From Eledone cirrhosa (lineage: Eukaryota), in the NCBI GenBank assembly GCA_964016885.1, contig OZ024745.1:80290001-80354000 (forward strand): a stretch of DNA of 64,000 nucleotides. Reading direction: 5' to 3'. Shown in pieces: positions 13,207-26,311 of the stretch (position 1 is its first letter; each line of letters opens with the position of its first letter). Made by a program: the position numbers and the translations under genes. The notes beneath the pieces were generated by a model. That model saw only the letters and a program-made list of their open reading frames with translations. It was not told the origin of the DNA and made no database searches.

Positions 13207-13805
13207 GTTGAGAAGGTAACACACCAGAGAGAGATATATAGTGCGTTATCAATAATACAGGGAAAAAACCACCAGTGTATGGAATCTATAACCTATGAAA
13301 GGCAGACTATAGACACGATAATTAAAAATAAAAATTAAAGCGTAAATAAATACCTCTATAACTATATAACACACGTACAAATCCAAAGATATGTTTCACC
13401 AGAAATTTGTTGAAAGAAATGGTTTAGTCTCGGTTCATCAGCGTGTGTAAGGCCATACATTTCAGACAACACTAAGAGAATTTTACAATTGACTGTCCAG
13501 CTACACATGGGAGAGAGAAGTCACAGCGTGTTTAAGGGCAGTGAACCAGTGGCCTCTGAGAGACGAACTGCTAGAAAGGGCAGCCCAAAGCCACTCAGAG
13601 AAGTGTGCTCAACCAAACAGAGGTAGAAAACACTGTTGTTAGGAGCGAAATATCATACACTGGTGGTTTTTTCCCTGTATTATTGATAACGCACTATATA
13701 TCTTCTCAACATATTATATTTTAAAGGGCTCAGGATCTCTTCCCCTTTGAGCACATTATTTACAGGGAATAACGACGGCCTATGCCTCCGTTAATTTATC
13801 GTGAT
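13204..13805 (-). mobile_element. PLE pseudo-LTR insertion with inverted end (family P3)
   Basis: 13204-13281 recurs inverted at ~13655-13715; contains a hammerhead. Confidence 0.7.
13369..13448 (-). ncRNA. Type I hammerhead ribozyme, full stem III
   Basis: acacacg CUGAUGA acc-g-aga...ucu-ggu GAAA cauauc uuug gauuug UA^ cgugugu; 7-bp perfect stem I. Confidence 0.82.
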
Positions 13806-13828
13806 ATATATATATATATATATATATA

Positions 13829-14172
13829 TCATCTCATCTCATCATCTCATTTTACGTCCACTTTTCCCTGCTTGCAAGGGTGGGACGGGAACTGATTCTG
13901 GCTTGATTTCTACAGCTGGATGCCCTTCCTAACACCAACCTCATTTACAGTGAGTGCTGGGTGCTTTTTTGCCGTGGCACCTCCACGACCACTTTACAGT
14001 GGAATGATAGGGACCCCAGTCCCTATCATCTCATTTCTACAGCTGAGTAAACTGGAGCAATGTGAAATAAAGTGCCTTGCTCAAGGAAACAACACATCAC
14101 CCGGTCTGAGAATTGAACTCACAACCTTTTGATTGCAAGGCCAATGCTCTAACCACTAAGCCATGTGCCTCC
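13829..14172 (-). mobile_element. tRNA-CORE SINE with RTE-derived body and tail (SINE-2), full length
   Basis: Minus strand: A box TGGCTTAGTGG, B box GAGTTCAATTCT, CORE-like ccttgagcaaggcacttta; 3' end cccgtcccacccttgcaagcagggaaaag.ggacgtaaaatga matches the family C LINE end. Confidence 0.85.
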
Positions 14173-14377
14173 ATTACAATATGTATAATATACATATATA
14201 TACATATCCTGTATAATATACATATATATATATATATATATATATGTATATTATATATATATTATATTATATATATATATATATTATATATATATATTAT
14301 ATTATATATATATATATTATATATATACATATATATATTATATATACATATATATATTATATATATATATTATATAT

Positions 14378-14600
14378 GTGAAGGTGTGTGGCTGAGTGGT
14401 TAGAGAATTGGATTCGAAAACGTAAGGTTGTAAGTTCGATTCCTGGACCAGGCGATGCGTTATGTCCTTGAGCAAGACAGTTTATTTCACGTTGCTCCTT
14501 CTACCTGGAGTTGCGACCGATAGATAGTATTAGCAATTGGAAAGACCAACGGAAACATTGTTCCCTCGGTCCGATTTGACGAAAGTCGATCGTTCCTTTT
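14378..14600 (+). mobile_element. SINE-1 copy
   Basis: Near-identical to 10666-10888. Confidence 0.8.
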
Positions 14601-14661
14601 ATATATATATATTATATATATATTATATATATATATATATATTATATATATATATATATAT

Positions 14662-14695
<34 letters not shown>

Positions 14696-14714
14696 ATATT
14701 ATATATATATATAT

Positions 14715-14746
<32 letters not shown>

Positions 14747-14872
14747 ATATATTATATAAATATATATATTATATATATATAAATATTATATATATATATT
14801 ATATATATATATATTATATATATATATTATATATATACATTATATATATATATATATTATATATATATTATA

Positions 14873-14908
<36 letters not shown>

Positions 14909-14914
<6 letters not shown>

Positions 14915-15776
14915 CGTAAAATAAGAAAATATTCTTTAAAAAAATTTTTAAAAAATTTTTTACTTACTTAAATTTTCACTCCAACTAATTAGTTTCTGCA
15001 ATGGGATAAAGACAGTTACATAATCCAACTGTCGAGAATTCATTGCGTCATCAGGGAGTCTATTCTCAGCTGAGCCTCCAGGCAATGCGCGGACACTGGC
15101 GGCTCATATAAAAATAATTAATTCGGTAGAAAGAACAGCTAGGCGAGGACTGGATTCTATGTACTGAAATTCTCAATGCTTCCAGTCAAATGGCCGATTC
15201 TAAAGAATCAATCACGTGACATAGAGGCTAGTTAGTAGGAATGGGATGGTAAGATGACTGACGCCTACTAACACCCCAAAAATAATTTTGAAGTGGTTTT
15301 GGCAGGTTTGCTCGACAAATCAGTGATTTGGAGATAAATATAGATAATTTAATATATCAACTAACATAGGCGCACAGGTGTACGTCCATGCCAGCAAATA
15401 CACACGTTATGTCATAGTACCTAGGTGGTTCAATGCAGGAGGGTGCAGAACAATAATATAAAAGACGTAAAATAAGAAAATATTCTTTAAAAAAATTTTT
15501 TAAAAATTTTTTACTTACTTACTTAAATTTTCACTCCAACGAATTAGTTTCTGCAATGGGATAAAGACAGTTACATAATCCAACTGTCGAGAATTCATTG
15601 CGTCATCAGGGAGTCTATAAAAAATTTTTTAAAGAATATTTTCTTATTTTACGTCTTTTATATTATTGTTCTGCACCCTCCTGCATTGAACCACCTAGGT
15701 ACTATGACATAACCTGTGTATTTGCTGGCATGGACGTACATCTGTGCGCCTATGTTAGTTGATATATTAAATTATC

Positions 15777-15780
<4 letters not shown>
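14909..15780 (-). mobile_element. Diverged P2 subfamily: tandem units plus inverted 5' segment
   Basis: Hammerheads at 14978-15059 and 15533-15614 (spacing 555); 15618-15780 is the reverse complement of ~15339-15500. Confidence 0.8.
14978..15059 (-). ncRNA. Hammerhead ribozyme with compensatory changes relative to P2
   Basis: Stem II guaaug/cauuac becomes gcaaug/cauugc; inner hairpin auaguu/aacuau becomes acaguu/aacugu. Confidence 0.85.
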
Positions 15781-15807
<27 letters not shown>

Positions 15808-15904
15808 TATATATATATATTATTATTAAAAAATATATATATATATTATTATTAAAAATATTATAAATATATATATATATTATTATTAAAAAATTATATA
15901 TTAA

Positions 15905-17711
15905 AAAAGGAGGCCTGGAAATGTCATTATGAGAGACTGATGAATGTGGAGAACGAATGGGAGAGAGAGAAATTACCCTTGGTAGATCCGACAGAGGGAC
16001 TAGCTATTGAGATTGACGAATATAGGGTCCAAGAGGCGATTAGGGAAATGAAAAATGGTAAGGCGGCCGGACCATCGGGAATAGTTGCTGAGATGCTGAA
16101 GGCATCAGGGGACGTAGGCACTAAACTGGTTGCACGCATCATCAATCAGGCTATATATGGTGGTGTCATACCCAAAGACTGGTGCAGCAGTATTCTCATA
16201 AATTGCTACAAAGGTAAAGGGGATGCTTTGGAGAGGAGCAATTATAGGGGTATAAAACTGATAGATCAGGTTATGAAAGTGGCAGAAAGGATTTTAGCAC
16301 AACTAATTAGAGAAAGGGTCAAACTAGATGAGATGCAGTTTGGTTTTGTGCCTGGGAAGAGTACAACAGATGCCCTCTTCTTGGTGAGACAAATGCAAGA
16401 GAGGTTCTTAGAGAAGAATAAGCCACTATACTTAGCCTTTGTTGACCTAGAGAAGGCCTTTGATAGGGTACCTCGATCTGTAAATTGGTGGTCCCTAAGG
16501 AAGCTAGGTGTTGAGGAATGGCTTGTGAGGACAGTGCAAACTTTGTACAGAGGTACTCTCAGTAAAGTCAGGGTAGGAATGGAGTTTAGTGTGGAATTCC
16601 AGATACAAGTAGGAGTACATCAGGGTTCGGTCCTCAGCCCGCTCTTGTTCATTATAGTCCTCCAAGCCATAACAGAGGAGTTTAAGACGGGCTGTCCATG
16701 GGAACTTCTCTATGCTGATGATCTGGCTCTTATAGCAGAATCAGTAGAGGAGCTAGAGAATAAATTCCGGCTATGGAAACAGCAGTTGGAAGCAAGAGGA
16801 CTGAGAGTAAATCTAGCTAAGACAAAAGTGTTGATGAGTAGAAAAGAGGACAAAACCCTGATTCCGTCAGGGAAATGGCCCTGTTCGATATGCAGAAAAG
16901 GAACAGGCATAAATTCTATAAAATGCACACAATGCAGGTCCTGGGTACACAAGAGATGTAGCGGGATAGCAGGCAAACTAATAGGTAGGGAGAAATATGT
17001 ATGCAGTAGATGTACAGGGAAATTAGACAGTAGAAGTCGCACTGATAGACACATTTTTCAAATGCGAGAGGGCGCTATAGAAGTGGTGGATAGCTTCCGG
17101 TACCTAGGAGATCAGATTAGCATGGGAGGAGGGTGTTCCGAGGCCATAGTATCTAGAATAAGGATGGGTTGGAAGAAGTTTAGGGAGCTGCTTCCTCTGT
17201 TGACGAAGAAGGGTTTCTCCCTGCGTACGAAAGGCCGGTTGTATGATGCCTGTGTGAGGAGCGCGATGGTGCATGGTAGTGAGACATGGGCAGCAACTGC
17301 AGAGGATATGCGACGGCTGGAGAGAAATGAGGCAAGCATGCTCCGTTGGATGTGCAGTGTAAATGTGCGTGAACGACCCAGCATTAATGTGTTGAGAGAG
17401 AAACTGTGTCTGAGAGGGATAGAATGTAGTGTACGGGAGAGGAGACTGAGGTGGTATGGACATGTGATGCGCATGGAGGATGACCGATGGGTGAAGAAGT
17501 GCCAGGAAATGCCAGTTGAAGGAAGACGTGGTAGAGGTAGACCACGAAAAACATGGGCGGAGGTGGTGAGAACAGACCTCAGATCATTGAAGCTCACGGT
17601 GGAGATGACGAGGGACCGTGACGAGTGGAGAGATGCTGTGCTGAATAAGACCCGTCCCACCCTTGCAAGCAGGGAAAAGCGGACGTAAAATGATGATGAT
17701 GATGATGATGA
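15905..17711 (+). mobile_element. RTE-clade LINE, family C, 5'-truncated
   Basis: Open RT-PHD ORF whose stop lies immediately before the (TGA)n tail; essentially no 3' UTR. Confidence 0.93.
15940..17688 (+). CDS. LINE ORF2 3' portion: reverse transcriptase + PHD finger
   Basis: 582 aa; FVDLEKAFD, VHQGSVLSP, YADD, CSIC..CTQC..WVHKRC..CSRC, RRLRWYGHV. Confidence 0.9.
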   Translation: MNVENEWEREKLPLVDPTEGLAIEIDEYRVQEAIREMKNGKAAGPSGIVAEMLKASGDVGTKLVARIINQAIYGGVIPKDWCSSILINCYKGKGDALERSNYRGIKLIDQVMKVAERILAQLIRERVKLDEMQFGFVPGKSTTDALFLVRQMQERFLEKNKPLYLAFVDLEKAFDRVPRSVNWWSLRKLGVEEWLVRTVQTLYRGTLSKVRVGMEFSVEFQIQVGVHQGSVLSPLLFIIVLQAITEEFKTGCPWELLYADDLALIAESVEELENKFRLWKQQLEARGLRVNLAKTKVLMSRKEDKTLIPSGKWPCSICRKGTGINSIKCTQCRSWVHKRCSGIAGKLIGREKYVCSRCTGKLDSRSRTDRHIFQMREGAIEVVDSFRYLGDQISMGGGCSEAIVSRIRMGWKKFRELLPLLTKKGFSLRTKGRLYDACVRSAMVHGSETWAATAEDMRRLERNEASMLRWMCSVNVRERPSINVLREKLCLRGIECSVRERRLRWYGHVMRMEDDRWVKKCQEMPVEGRRGRGRPRKTWAEVVRTDLRSLKLTVEMTRDRDEWRDAVLNKTRPTLASREKRT

Positions 17712-17794
17712 TTATATATATATATATTATATGTATATAATATATATATATATATTATATATATATTATATATATATATATTATATATATATAT

Positions 17795-18510
17795 AATGGA
17801 TGTGTAATAGTAATATACGTGAACGGCAAAGCATAAAGGAACTAAGGAAAAAATTAGAAATAAGAGAGATCAGATGTTGTTTACTCGAGAGAAGGCTACA
17901 TTGGTATGGACATGTGATGCGCATGAAAGGCGATAGCTGTATAACAAAGTGCAGGGCAATAAAGATAGACGGTAGCCACGGAATAGGCACACCCAGAAAA
18001 ACCTGGGACGAGCTGATAAACTCCGACCTCACACACTTACACCTTTCCAAGACAATGTCACTGGACCGAGACCTTTGGCGGTACTCAGTAACAGAGAAGA
18101 CCCGCCTTACCTAAATACATAGTAAAACCTACTACAGTCAGTAGGCATCTCTAACAAAATACACCCATGTCCCACCATCCCCCACCCCATCCACACCGCC
18201 CCCTTCTATGTAAAGTTATGTTGGTGCCACACCATCCAGGTCGAAACAAATGAGATCGTGTAGGTGTCACGACAAAAAAACACACAGTCCACGCTGTAAT
18301 GTGGCCGTGTAGGCAACACGGTAAAAACCTCCCAGCCCCACACTGTAAATGTGGTTGGTGTTAGGAAGGGCATCCAACTGTAGAAAACCTGCCAGACAGT
18401 CCTATGCGAGCAAGACAACCACTCTTGCCTCAAGTAGTGGGAAAACCCCCGTCCAAACCCATGCAAGTGTGGAACACGGACGTTAAACGTTGATGATGGA
18501 TGATGATGAT
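17795..18510 (+). mobile_element. RTE family A 3' fragment
   Basis: ORF 17800-18114 (WMCNSN..KTRLT*), 3' UTR and (GAT)n tail. Confidence 0.9.
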
Positions 18511-18526
18511 ATATATATATATATAT

Positions 18527-18572
<46 letters not shown>

Positions 18573-18637
18573 ATTATATATATATAATATATATATATAT
18601 ATATTATATATATATATATATATTATATATATATATA

Positions 18638-19243
<606 letters not shown>

Positions 19244-19298
19244 AATATATATATATATATTATATATATATATTATATATATATATATATATAATATA

Positions 19299-19370
<72 letters not shown>

Positions 19371-19478
19371 AATATATATATATATATTATATATATATAT
19401 TATATATATATAATATATATATATATATATTATATATATATATTATATATATATATATTATTTATATATATATATATA

Positions 19479-21961
19479 TGTCCTGGGTATGACATTAAAC
19501 TACATCCAGTGGCAAGGCTCCAGTTCGGAAGTTCAGGAGATGTGGGGAATGTGGAGTTACCCCTTAGTTGTCATGACTCCCAGGTCTGCCCTGGCCCAGG
19601 GTGGTAGTACCTGTTAGGGCTCCATTTATGGGTTAAATAACTACCTTATTCGAGTGGCGCCGGTAAGGTATTGTCAGCCATTGAAAAGAAATATGGAGAG
19701 TCGATCTAACAGCACTAGGGTTAGAGCCCCTAACTACAGTCAAGGAGCAGCCTTGTCGTTATGACTCTGCTGGCTTAGAAGAATCTGGGGAAGATGTGGA
19801 CCTACATCTCAGATATGCACCTGTCCAAGTCCCAGATTGATTTCATTCTGGTGAGGAAAAAGTGGCGGAATAGTGTTCTGAACACGGAACCATACAGCTA
19901 TTTCAGTACACTGGGTAGTGACCACCGGCTTGTTATGAGTGAGGTCCGCGTGAGCTTAAGAAAGAGCAAGGCTCAGCCCCGGAGAACAATCTATGACTGG
20001 GGAGCTTTCAAGGAAGATGATAAGCTACAGGAGAGGTTCATAGTGGAAGTGAGAAACAGGTTTAGTGCTCTGTGTCGAGAGTCAGAGGAGAGAGAGATTG
20101 GATGGACTGAGGAGAGTGTAACGAGGAGGTACGGGCACTTCACCAATGCAGTGGCGGAAGCAAGTGAAACCCTGGTGCCGAGGAAAAAGAACAAAGGGAA
20201 GCACGTCAGCTCTGCAAACCCAAAAGTGTGTGTAGCCAGAGAACACCTGAAAGCTGCCAGGGACCAATTCTATGCTGATCCTACGGAGGAGAGGATGGAG
20301 ACTGTGGAGGTGATGAGGGAAGAGCTCTGTACCGCTTACACTGAGGTCAGAGAGGAGGCACTGATAGAGAAGATCAGAAGTGTAGAGAGAGCGGTTGACA
20401 GATCTGGATGTAATGAGAGCTGCATGATCATCAACGAGATCACAGGGAGGAAGAGAAGGTGTTCGAGTCAGATCCAGGAAACGGGGCCCGAGGATAGGAA
20501 GAGGAAATGGCTAGACCATTTTAGGACCCTACTAGGAGAGCCACCCTCCACAGCCCAGAGCACTGGGGAGATCAGGCGGCTGTTTGAGGAACTGGATGTT
20601 GAGACAGGGCCCTTCACCAGAGAGGAGCTTCAGAGAGCCAAGAAGAGAATCAAGGAGGGCAAGGTTCATGGAGAAGATGGAGTGGCATCAGAGGGGATGA
20701 AGAGATGTGATTTTGATGATATCATCCTGAGGTTCTGTAACGGGGCACTGGAGACAGGAGTTGCCCCGAATCAGTGGAGGATCAGTAACATCGTCCCAGT
20801 GCCAAAGAAGGGAGATCTCTCTAACACCAACAACTACCGAGGGATCTCACTGACGTCACTTGTGGCAAAGACCCTCAACAGGATGATTCTTAACAGGATC
20901 CAGCCTGAGATGGAGAAGAAGCTCAGGGACAACCAGAACGGCTTCAGAGAGGGTAGATCAACCACTAGTCACATCCTGATGCTGAGGAGGATATTAGAGG
21001 GAGCTAGAGCAAAGTGCCTTCCTGCGGTCATGGTTTTCATTGACTTTAGGAAGGCCTTTGATTCTGTGGACTGTTACTGCCTGATGAAGATTTACAGGCT
21101 TATGGAATCCCCAAGAAGATAGTGGACCTGATATCACTGCTCTACACCAACACCAAAGCCCAAGTCATTACACCTGATGGGATGACAGAGTTCTTTGAGA
21201 TACTGGCTGGAGTGCTCCAGGGAGATACATTGGCTCCCTACCTTTTTATCATCGTAGTGGACTATTGTATGCGCCTTGCACTGGAGAAACACCAGGACTC
21301 TGGATTTACTGTAGCACCGGCTCAGAGCAGGAGAGTTAGGGCGAAAAAGGTATCGGATGCTGAATTTGCCGACGACATAGTTTTGGTGACAAATACAGTG
21401 AAGGAGGCAGAGGATTTGATGCGGGAGGTTGAGACTGTGTCAATGAGTTTGGGGCTGAGAATGAATGAGACTAAAACAAAATATCTGGTAGAGAATGTTG
21501 AGAAGACAGAGGGGATCACTAATGTAGGTGGGAAGCCGCTGGAATTGGTTGAGGACTTCCTGTATTTGGGAGCAAAGATTGGGAATACGGGGGATGATGT
21601 GGTTGAGAGGAAGTGCAAGGCCTGGGCGGCGTGCCACAGCTTGAGATCGGTGTGGAAGTCGGACCTTCGTAGAGAGCTGAAAATCCGCCTCTTCATTGCT
21701 GTAGTAGAGTCTGTGCTGCTGTATGGGTCTGAGACTTGGACACTGACCAAGAAACTCACTCAGATGGTGGATGGGTGCTACACGAGAATGCTGAGGATGG
21801 CTCTGAACATTAATCAGTATGCACTGAGGATGAAAAACTCAGAGCTGTATGGGAGCATCCCAAAAGTCAGTTCAAAAGTGACACAGAGGAGACTGAGGTT
21901 GGCTGGACATGCTCACCGACATCCAGAGTTGACATTGCACTCAGTGCTCCTTTGGGAGCCC
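19479..21961 (+). mobile_element. RTE-like LINE, family D (no PHD), internally deleted and frameshifted
   Basis: ORFs 19794-21122 (QIDFIL, SDHRLV, NYRGISL, QNGFR, FIDFRKAFD) and 21122 onward (QGDTLAP, FADD, YGSETW, RRLRLAGH); 19479-19776 is a putative 5' UTR joined to the late APE domain. Confidence 0.88.
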
Positions 21962-22436
21962 CACACTTACACCTCTCCAAGACAATGTCACTGGACCGAG
22001 ACCTTTGGCGGTACTCAGTAACAGAGAAGACCCGCCTTACCTAAATACATAGTAAAACCTACTACAGTCAGTAGGCATCTCTAACAAAATACACCCCCGT
22101 CCCACCACCCCCACCCCATCCACACCGCCCCCTTCTATGTAAAGTTATGTTGGTGCCACACCATCCAGGCCGAAACAAATGAGATCGTGTAGGTGTCACG
22201 ACAAAAAAACACACAGTCCACGCTGTAATGTGGCCGTGTAGGCAACACGGTAAAAACCTCCCAGACCCACACTGTAAATGTGGTTTGTGTTAGGAAGGGC
22301 ATCCAACTGTAGAAAACCTGCCAGACAGTCCTATGCGAGCAAGACAATCACTCTTGCCTCAAGTGGGAAAACAGCCGTCCAAACCCATGCAAGCGTGGAA
22401 CACGGACGTTAAACGTTGATGATGATGATGATGATA
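21962..22436 (+). mobile_element. RTE family A 3' end fused to family D
   Basis: Sequence switches after LLWEP to cacacttacacctctccaagac (family A); ends in (GAT)n. Confidence 0.88.
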
Positions 22437-22527
22437 TATTATATATATATATTATATATATATTATATATATATATAATATATATATTATATATATTATA
22501 TATATATATATATATTATATATATATA

Positions 22528-22567
<40 letters not shown>

Positions 22568-22626
22568 GAAATACTATATATATTATATATATATATTATA
22601 TATATATATTATATATATATATATAT

Positions 22627-22660
<34 letters not shown>

Positions 22661-22666
22661 ATATAT

Positions 22667-22721
<55 letters not shown>

Positions 22722-22890
22722 ATTATATATATATATATATTATATATATATATTATATATATATATATTATATATATATATATAAATATATATTATATTA
22801 TATATATATATATTATATTATATATATATATATATTATATTATATATATATATTATATTATATATATATATTATATATATATATATTATT

Positions 22891-22949
<59 letters not shown>

Positions 22950-22977
22950 ATATTATATTATATATATATATTATATT

Positions 22978-23243
22978 ACAGTATTTACGTATCGAGAAAG
23001 AGAAAAAAAAAAAGCGGGTGGATAGGTGATACATATAGTTATTTCCCAAGTAGTGTATGCCAAAGGTGCTCGATACTAGTGCCGGCAGTATTAAATATTC
23101 GAAGCTAATTTTGACGAGCAATATAAGGAACACTTTTGTTTATTTATGCTCTTCAGAAGCCAAACTAGGCGAAACGTACGTAGGTGCTGTTTTAAATAAA
23201 CATGTATTAACGGTCTATTCTCCGATTTCTTACTTTCCCAAGT
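22978..23243 (+). mobile_element. Probable PLE pseudo-LTR fragment with degenerate hammerhead
   Basis: gcc-aaacta-ggc GAAA cgtacg TA (palindromic stem III) followed by AATAAA; no clean CTGANGA. Confidence 0.45.
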
Positions 23244-23527
23244 ATATATTATATTATATATATATATTTATTATATTATATATATTATATATATATATTT
23301 ATTATATTATATATATATTATATTATATATATATATATATGTATTATATATATATATATATATATTATATATATTGTTATACTTTGGGAGGGTCATGTTG
23401 CCAATAAGAAACACACGCACCAGTTGCTTTCACTTCAATTTATTATAATAAATTTATAATAAATTTATAAATTTATAAATTTCTGGTTGGTTGGTTGGTT
23501 CCACAACCAGATAGTTGTTTATATATT

Positions 23528-23570
23528 GTCATAGTTCTTTCGTCACACACTCTGTGACCTCTTCAGTGAC
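23528..23570 (-). ncRNA. Minimal hammerhead ribozyme
   Basis: guca CUGAAGA g-gucac agagugu gugac GAAA g-aa-c UA^ ugac. Confidence 0.72.
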
Positions 23571-23771
23571 TGGGGATTCCTTTCTTTGTTTCTGTGCCTC
23601 TCCTTTGTTCTGTCCTACGCCATTTTGTTTCTGTGTGTGTGTTGTGTGGTCAGTCTGTGCATGCGCCACATCCGGGTGTCTGTGTGTGTTTATGTTCATT
23701 TATTTATTTGTTTATTTACATGTTACTGGTTGGTTGTTTGTTCTATGTGTGTGTGTGTTTTCATTTTGTCC

Positions 23772-24089
23772 TTAATTGTAAGTTGTGATGTTGCTGTTCC
23801 ACTCATATTTTCTATTTAATTTTGGTTGTAATTCTTTTATGTTTATTGCCTCTGTGATTTGTCTAAACATTGCGTCTTTTCTGTGTGTAGATTCTATTTT
23901 TATTTCTATGTTCTCTAATTTACCCTTGTGTTCTATTTTAGCATGTTGGTAGAGTACAGATGATTCTTTACTATCTTGAAGGTCTCGCCAGTGTTCATTT
24001 ATCCGTTCCCCTACAATACGAGCTGTCTCACCTATGTACACAATATTTTTGTCTCTACATTGTCCTTCAGTACATCTTATGCTATACAC
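23772..24089 (-). pseudogene. GIY-YIG endonuclease C-terminus of a PLE
   Basis: (V)YSIRC..C..VYIGETAR..ERINEH..H..H..RQITEAINI..LN. Confidence 0.85.
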
Positions 24090-24717
24090 TACATTTCTAG
24101 TTTTACAGTTAATATGGGGGCTTATTTTACAGGTTATACATTTCTTATCTATACATGAGGGTCTTTGAAAAGGGTATGTCTTGCTAATAAGTGTTTTTAC
24201 GGAGGTACCTGGTCTTTCTACTATCTTAATATTGAGTTATGTTTATCTAGGGCCCTTCTAAATTTGTAAGCTAATTCACCTCTAGGGGTTGTATCGATGA
24301 ACATTACACTCTGGTATTTATTGCTATCATACCATGAGTTTATTCTATTAGCCTTGTTCCTAGTTCTTTCTATTCTATTCCAAGCAACTGGTGCGTGTGT
24401 TTCTTATTGGCAACATGACCATCCCAAAGTATGACAATATCGGTTTCAACACACGATTTCAGATAAAGAATCTTGCTAAACAAATTCAGAAACGAAATAT
24501 TATATATATATTATATATATATATATATTATATATATATTATATTATATATATATATATATATTTTATATATATATATTATATATATATTATATTATATA
24601 TATATATTTTATATATATATATTATATATATATTATATTATATATATATATATATATTTTATATATATATATTATATATATATTATATTATATATATATA
24701 TATATATTTTATATATA

Positions 24718-25605
24718 TATGGCAGTGAGACCTGGGCATTGTGTGCAGAGGATATACGCAGACTAGAGAGGAACGAATCTTGCATGCTCCGCTGGATGTG
24801 TAATAGTAATATACGTGAACGGCAAAGTATAAACGAACTAAGGAAAAAATTAGAAATAAGAGAGATCAGATGTTGTTTACTCAAGAGAAGGCTACGTTGG
24901 TATGGTCACGTGATGCGCATGAAAGACGATAGCTGTATAACAAAGTGCAGGGCAATAAAGATAGACGGTAGCCACGGAGTAGGCAGACCAGAAAAACCTG
25001 GGACGAGCTGATAAATTCCGACCTCACACACTTACACCTCTCCAAGACAATGTCACTGGACCGAGACCTTTGGCGGTACTCAGTAATAGAGAAGACCAGC
25101 CTTACCTAAATACAAAGTAAAACCTACTACAGTCAGTAGGCATCTCTAACAAAATACACCCCCGTCCCACCACCCCCATCCCATCCACACCGCCCCTTTC
25201 AATGTAAAGTTATGTTGGTGCCACAACATCCAGGTCGAAACAAATGAGATCGTGTAGGTGTCACGACAAAAAACACACAGTCCATGCTGTAATGTGGCCG
25301 TGTACGCAACACGGTAAAAACCTCCCAGCCCCACACTGTAAATGTGGTTGGTGTTAGGAAGGGCATCCAGCTGTAGAAAACCCGCCAGACAGTCCACGCT
25401 GTAATGTGGCCGTGTAGGCAACACGGTAAAAACCTCCCAGCCCCACACTGTAAATGTGGTTGGTGATAGGAAGGGCATCCAGCTGTAGAAAACCCGCCAG
25501 ACAGTCCTATGCGAGCAAGACAATCACTCTTGCCTCAAGTAGGAAAACCCCCGTCCAAACCCATGCAAGCGTGGAACACGGACGTTAGACGATGATGATC
25601 ATGAT
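24718..25605 (+). mobile_element. RTE family A 3' fragment with ~120-bp tandem duplication in the UTR
   Basis: GSETW..RRLRWYGHV; UTR block repeated at ~25278 and ~25390. Confidence 0.9.
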
Positions 25606-25692
25606 ATTATATATATATTATATATATATATATTATATATATATATATTATATATATATATATATTATATATATATTATATATATATTATAT

Positions 25693-25727
<35 letters not shown>

Positions 25728-25855
25728 ATATATCTATTATATTATATATATATATATTATATATATATTATATTATATATATATATTATATATATATTAT
25801 ATTATATATATATATATATTATATATATATTATATTATATATATATATATATTAT

Positions 25856-25887
<32 letters not shown>

Positions 25888-25915
25888 ATATATATTATAT
25901 ATATATATTTATATA

Positions 25916-25959
<44 letters not shown>

Positions 25960-25982
25960 CATATATATATATATTATATATA

Positions 25983-26035
<53 letters not shown>

Positions 26036-26039
26036 ATAT

Positions 26040-26071
<32 letters not shown>

Positions 26072-26152
26072 ATATATTATATACATATATATATATATAT
26101 TATATATATATATTTATATATATATATATATTATATATATATATATATTATA

Positions 26153-26268
<116 letters not shown>

Positions 26269-26311
26269 CTATAATATATATATATAATATATATATATAT
26301 ATATAATATAT

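Larger units (their letters stand above)
23378..24497 (-). mobile_element. 5'-truncated Penelope-like element with GIY-YIG, pseudo-LTR and inverted end
   Basis: GIY-YIG ORF, downstream hammerhead; 23378-23428 recurs inverted at 24382-24431. Confidence 0.85.

Noticed and set aside
19479-19776. HDV-like ribozyme at the putative RTE 5' end
   Set aside because: Plausible for RTEs, but I could not build the nested double pseudoknot by eye
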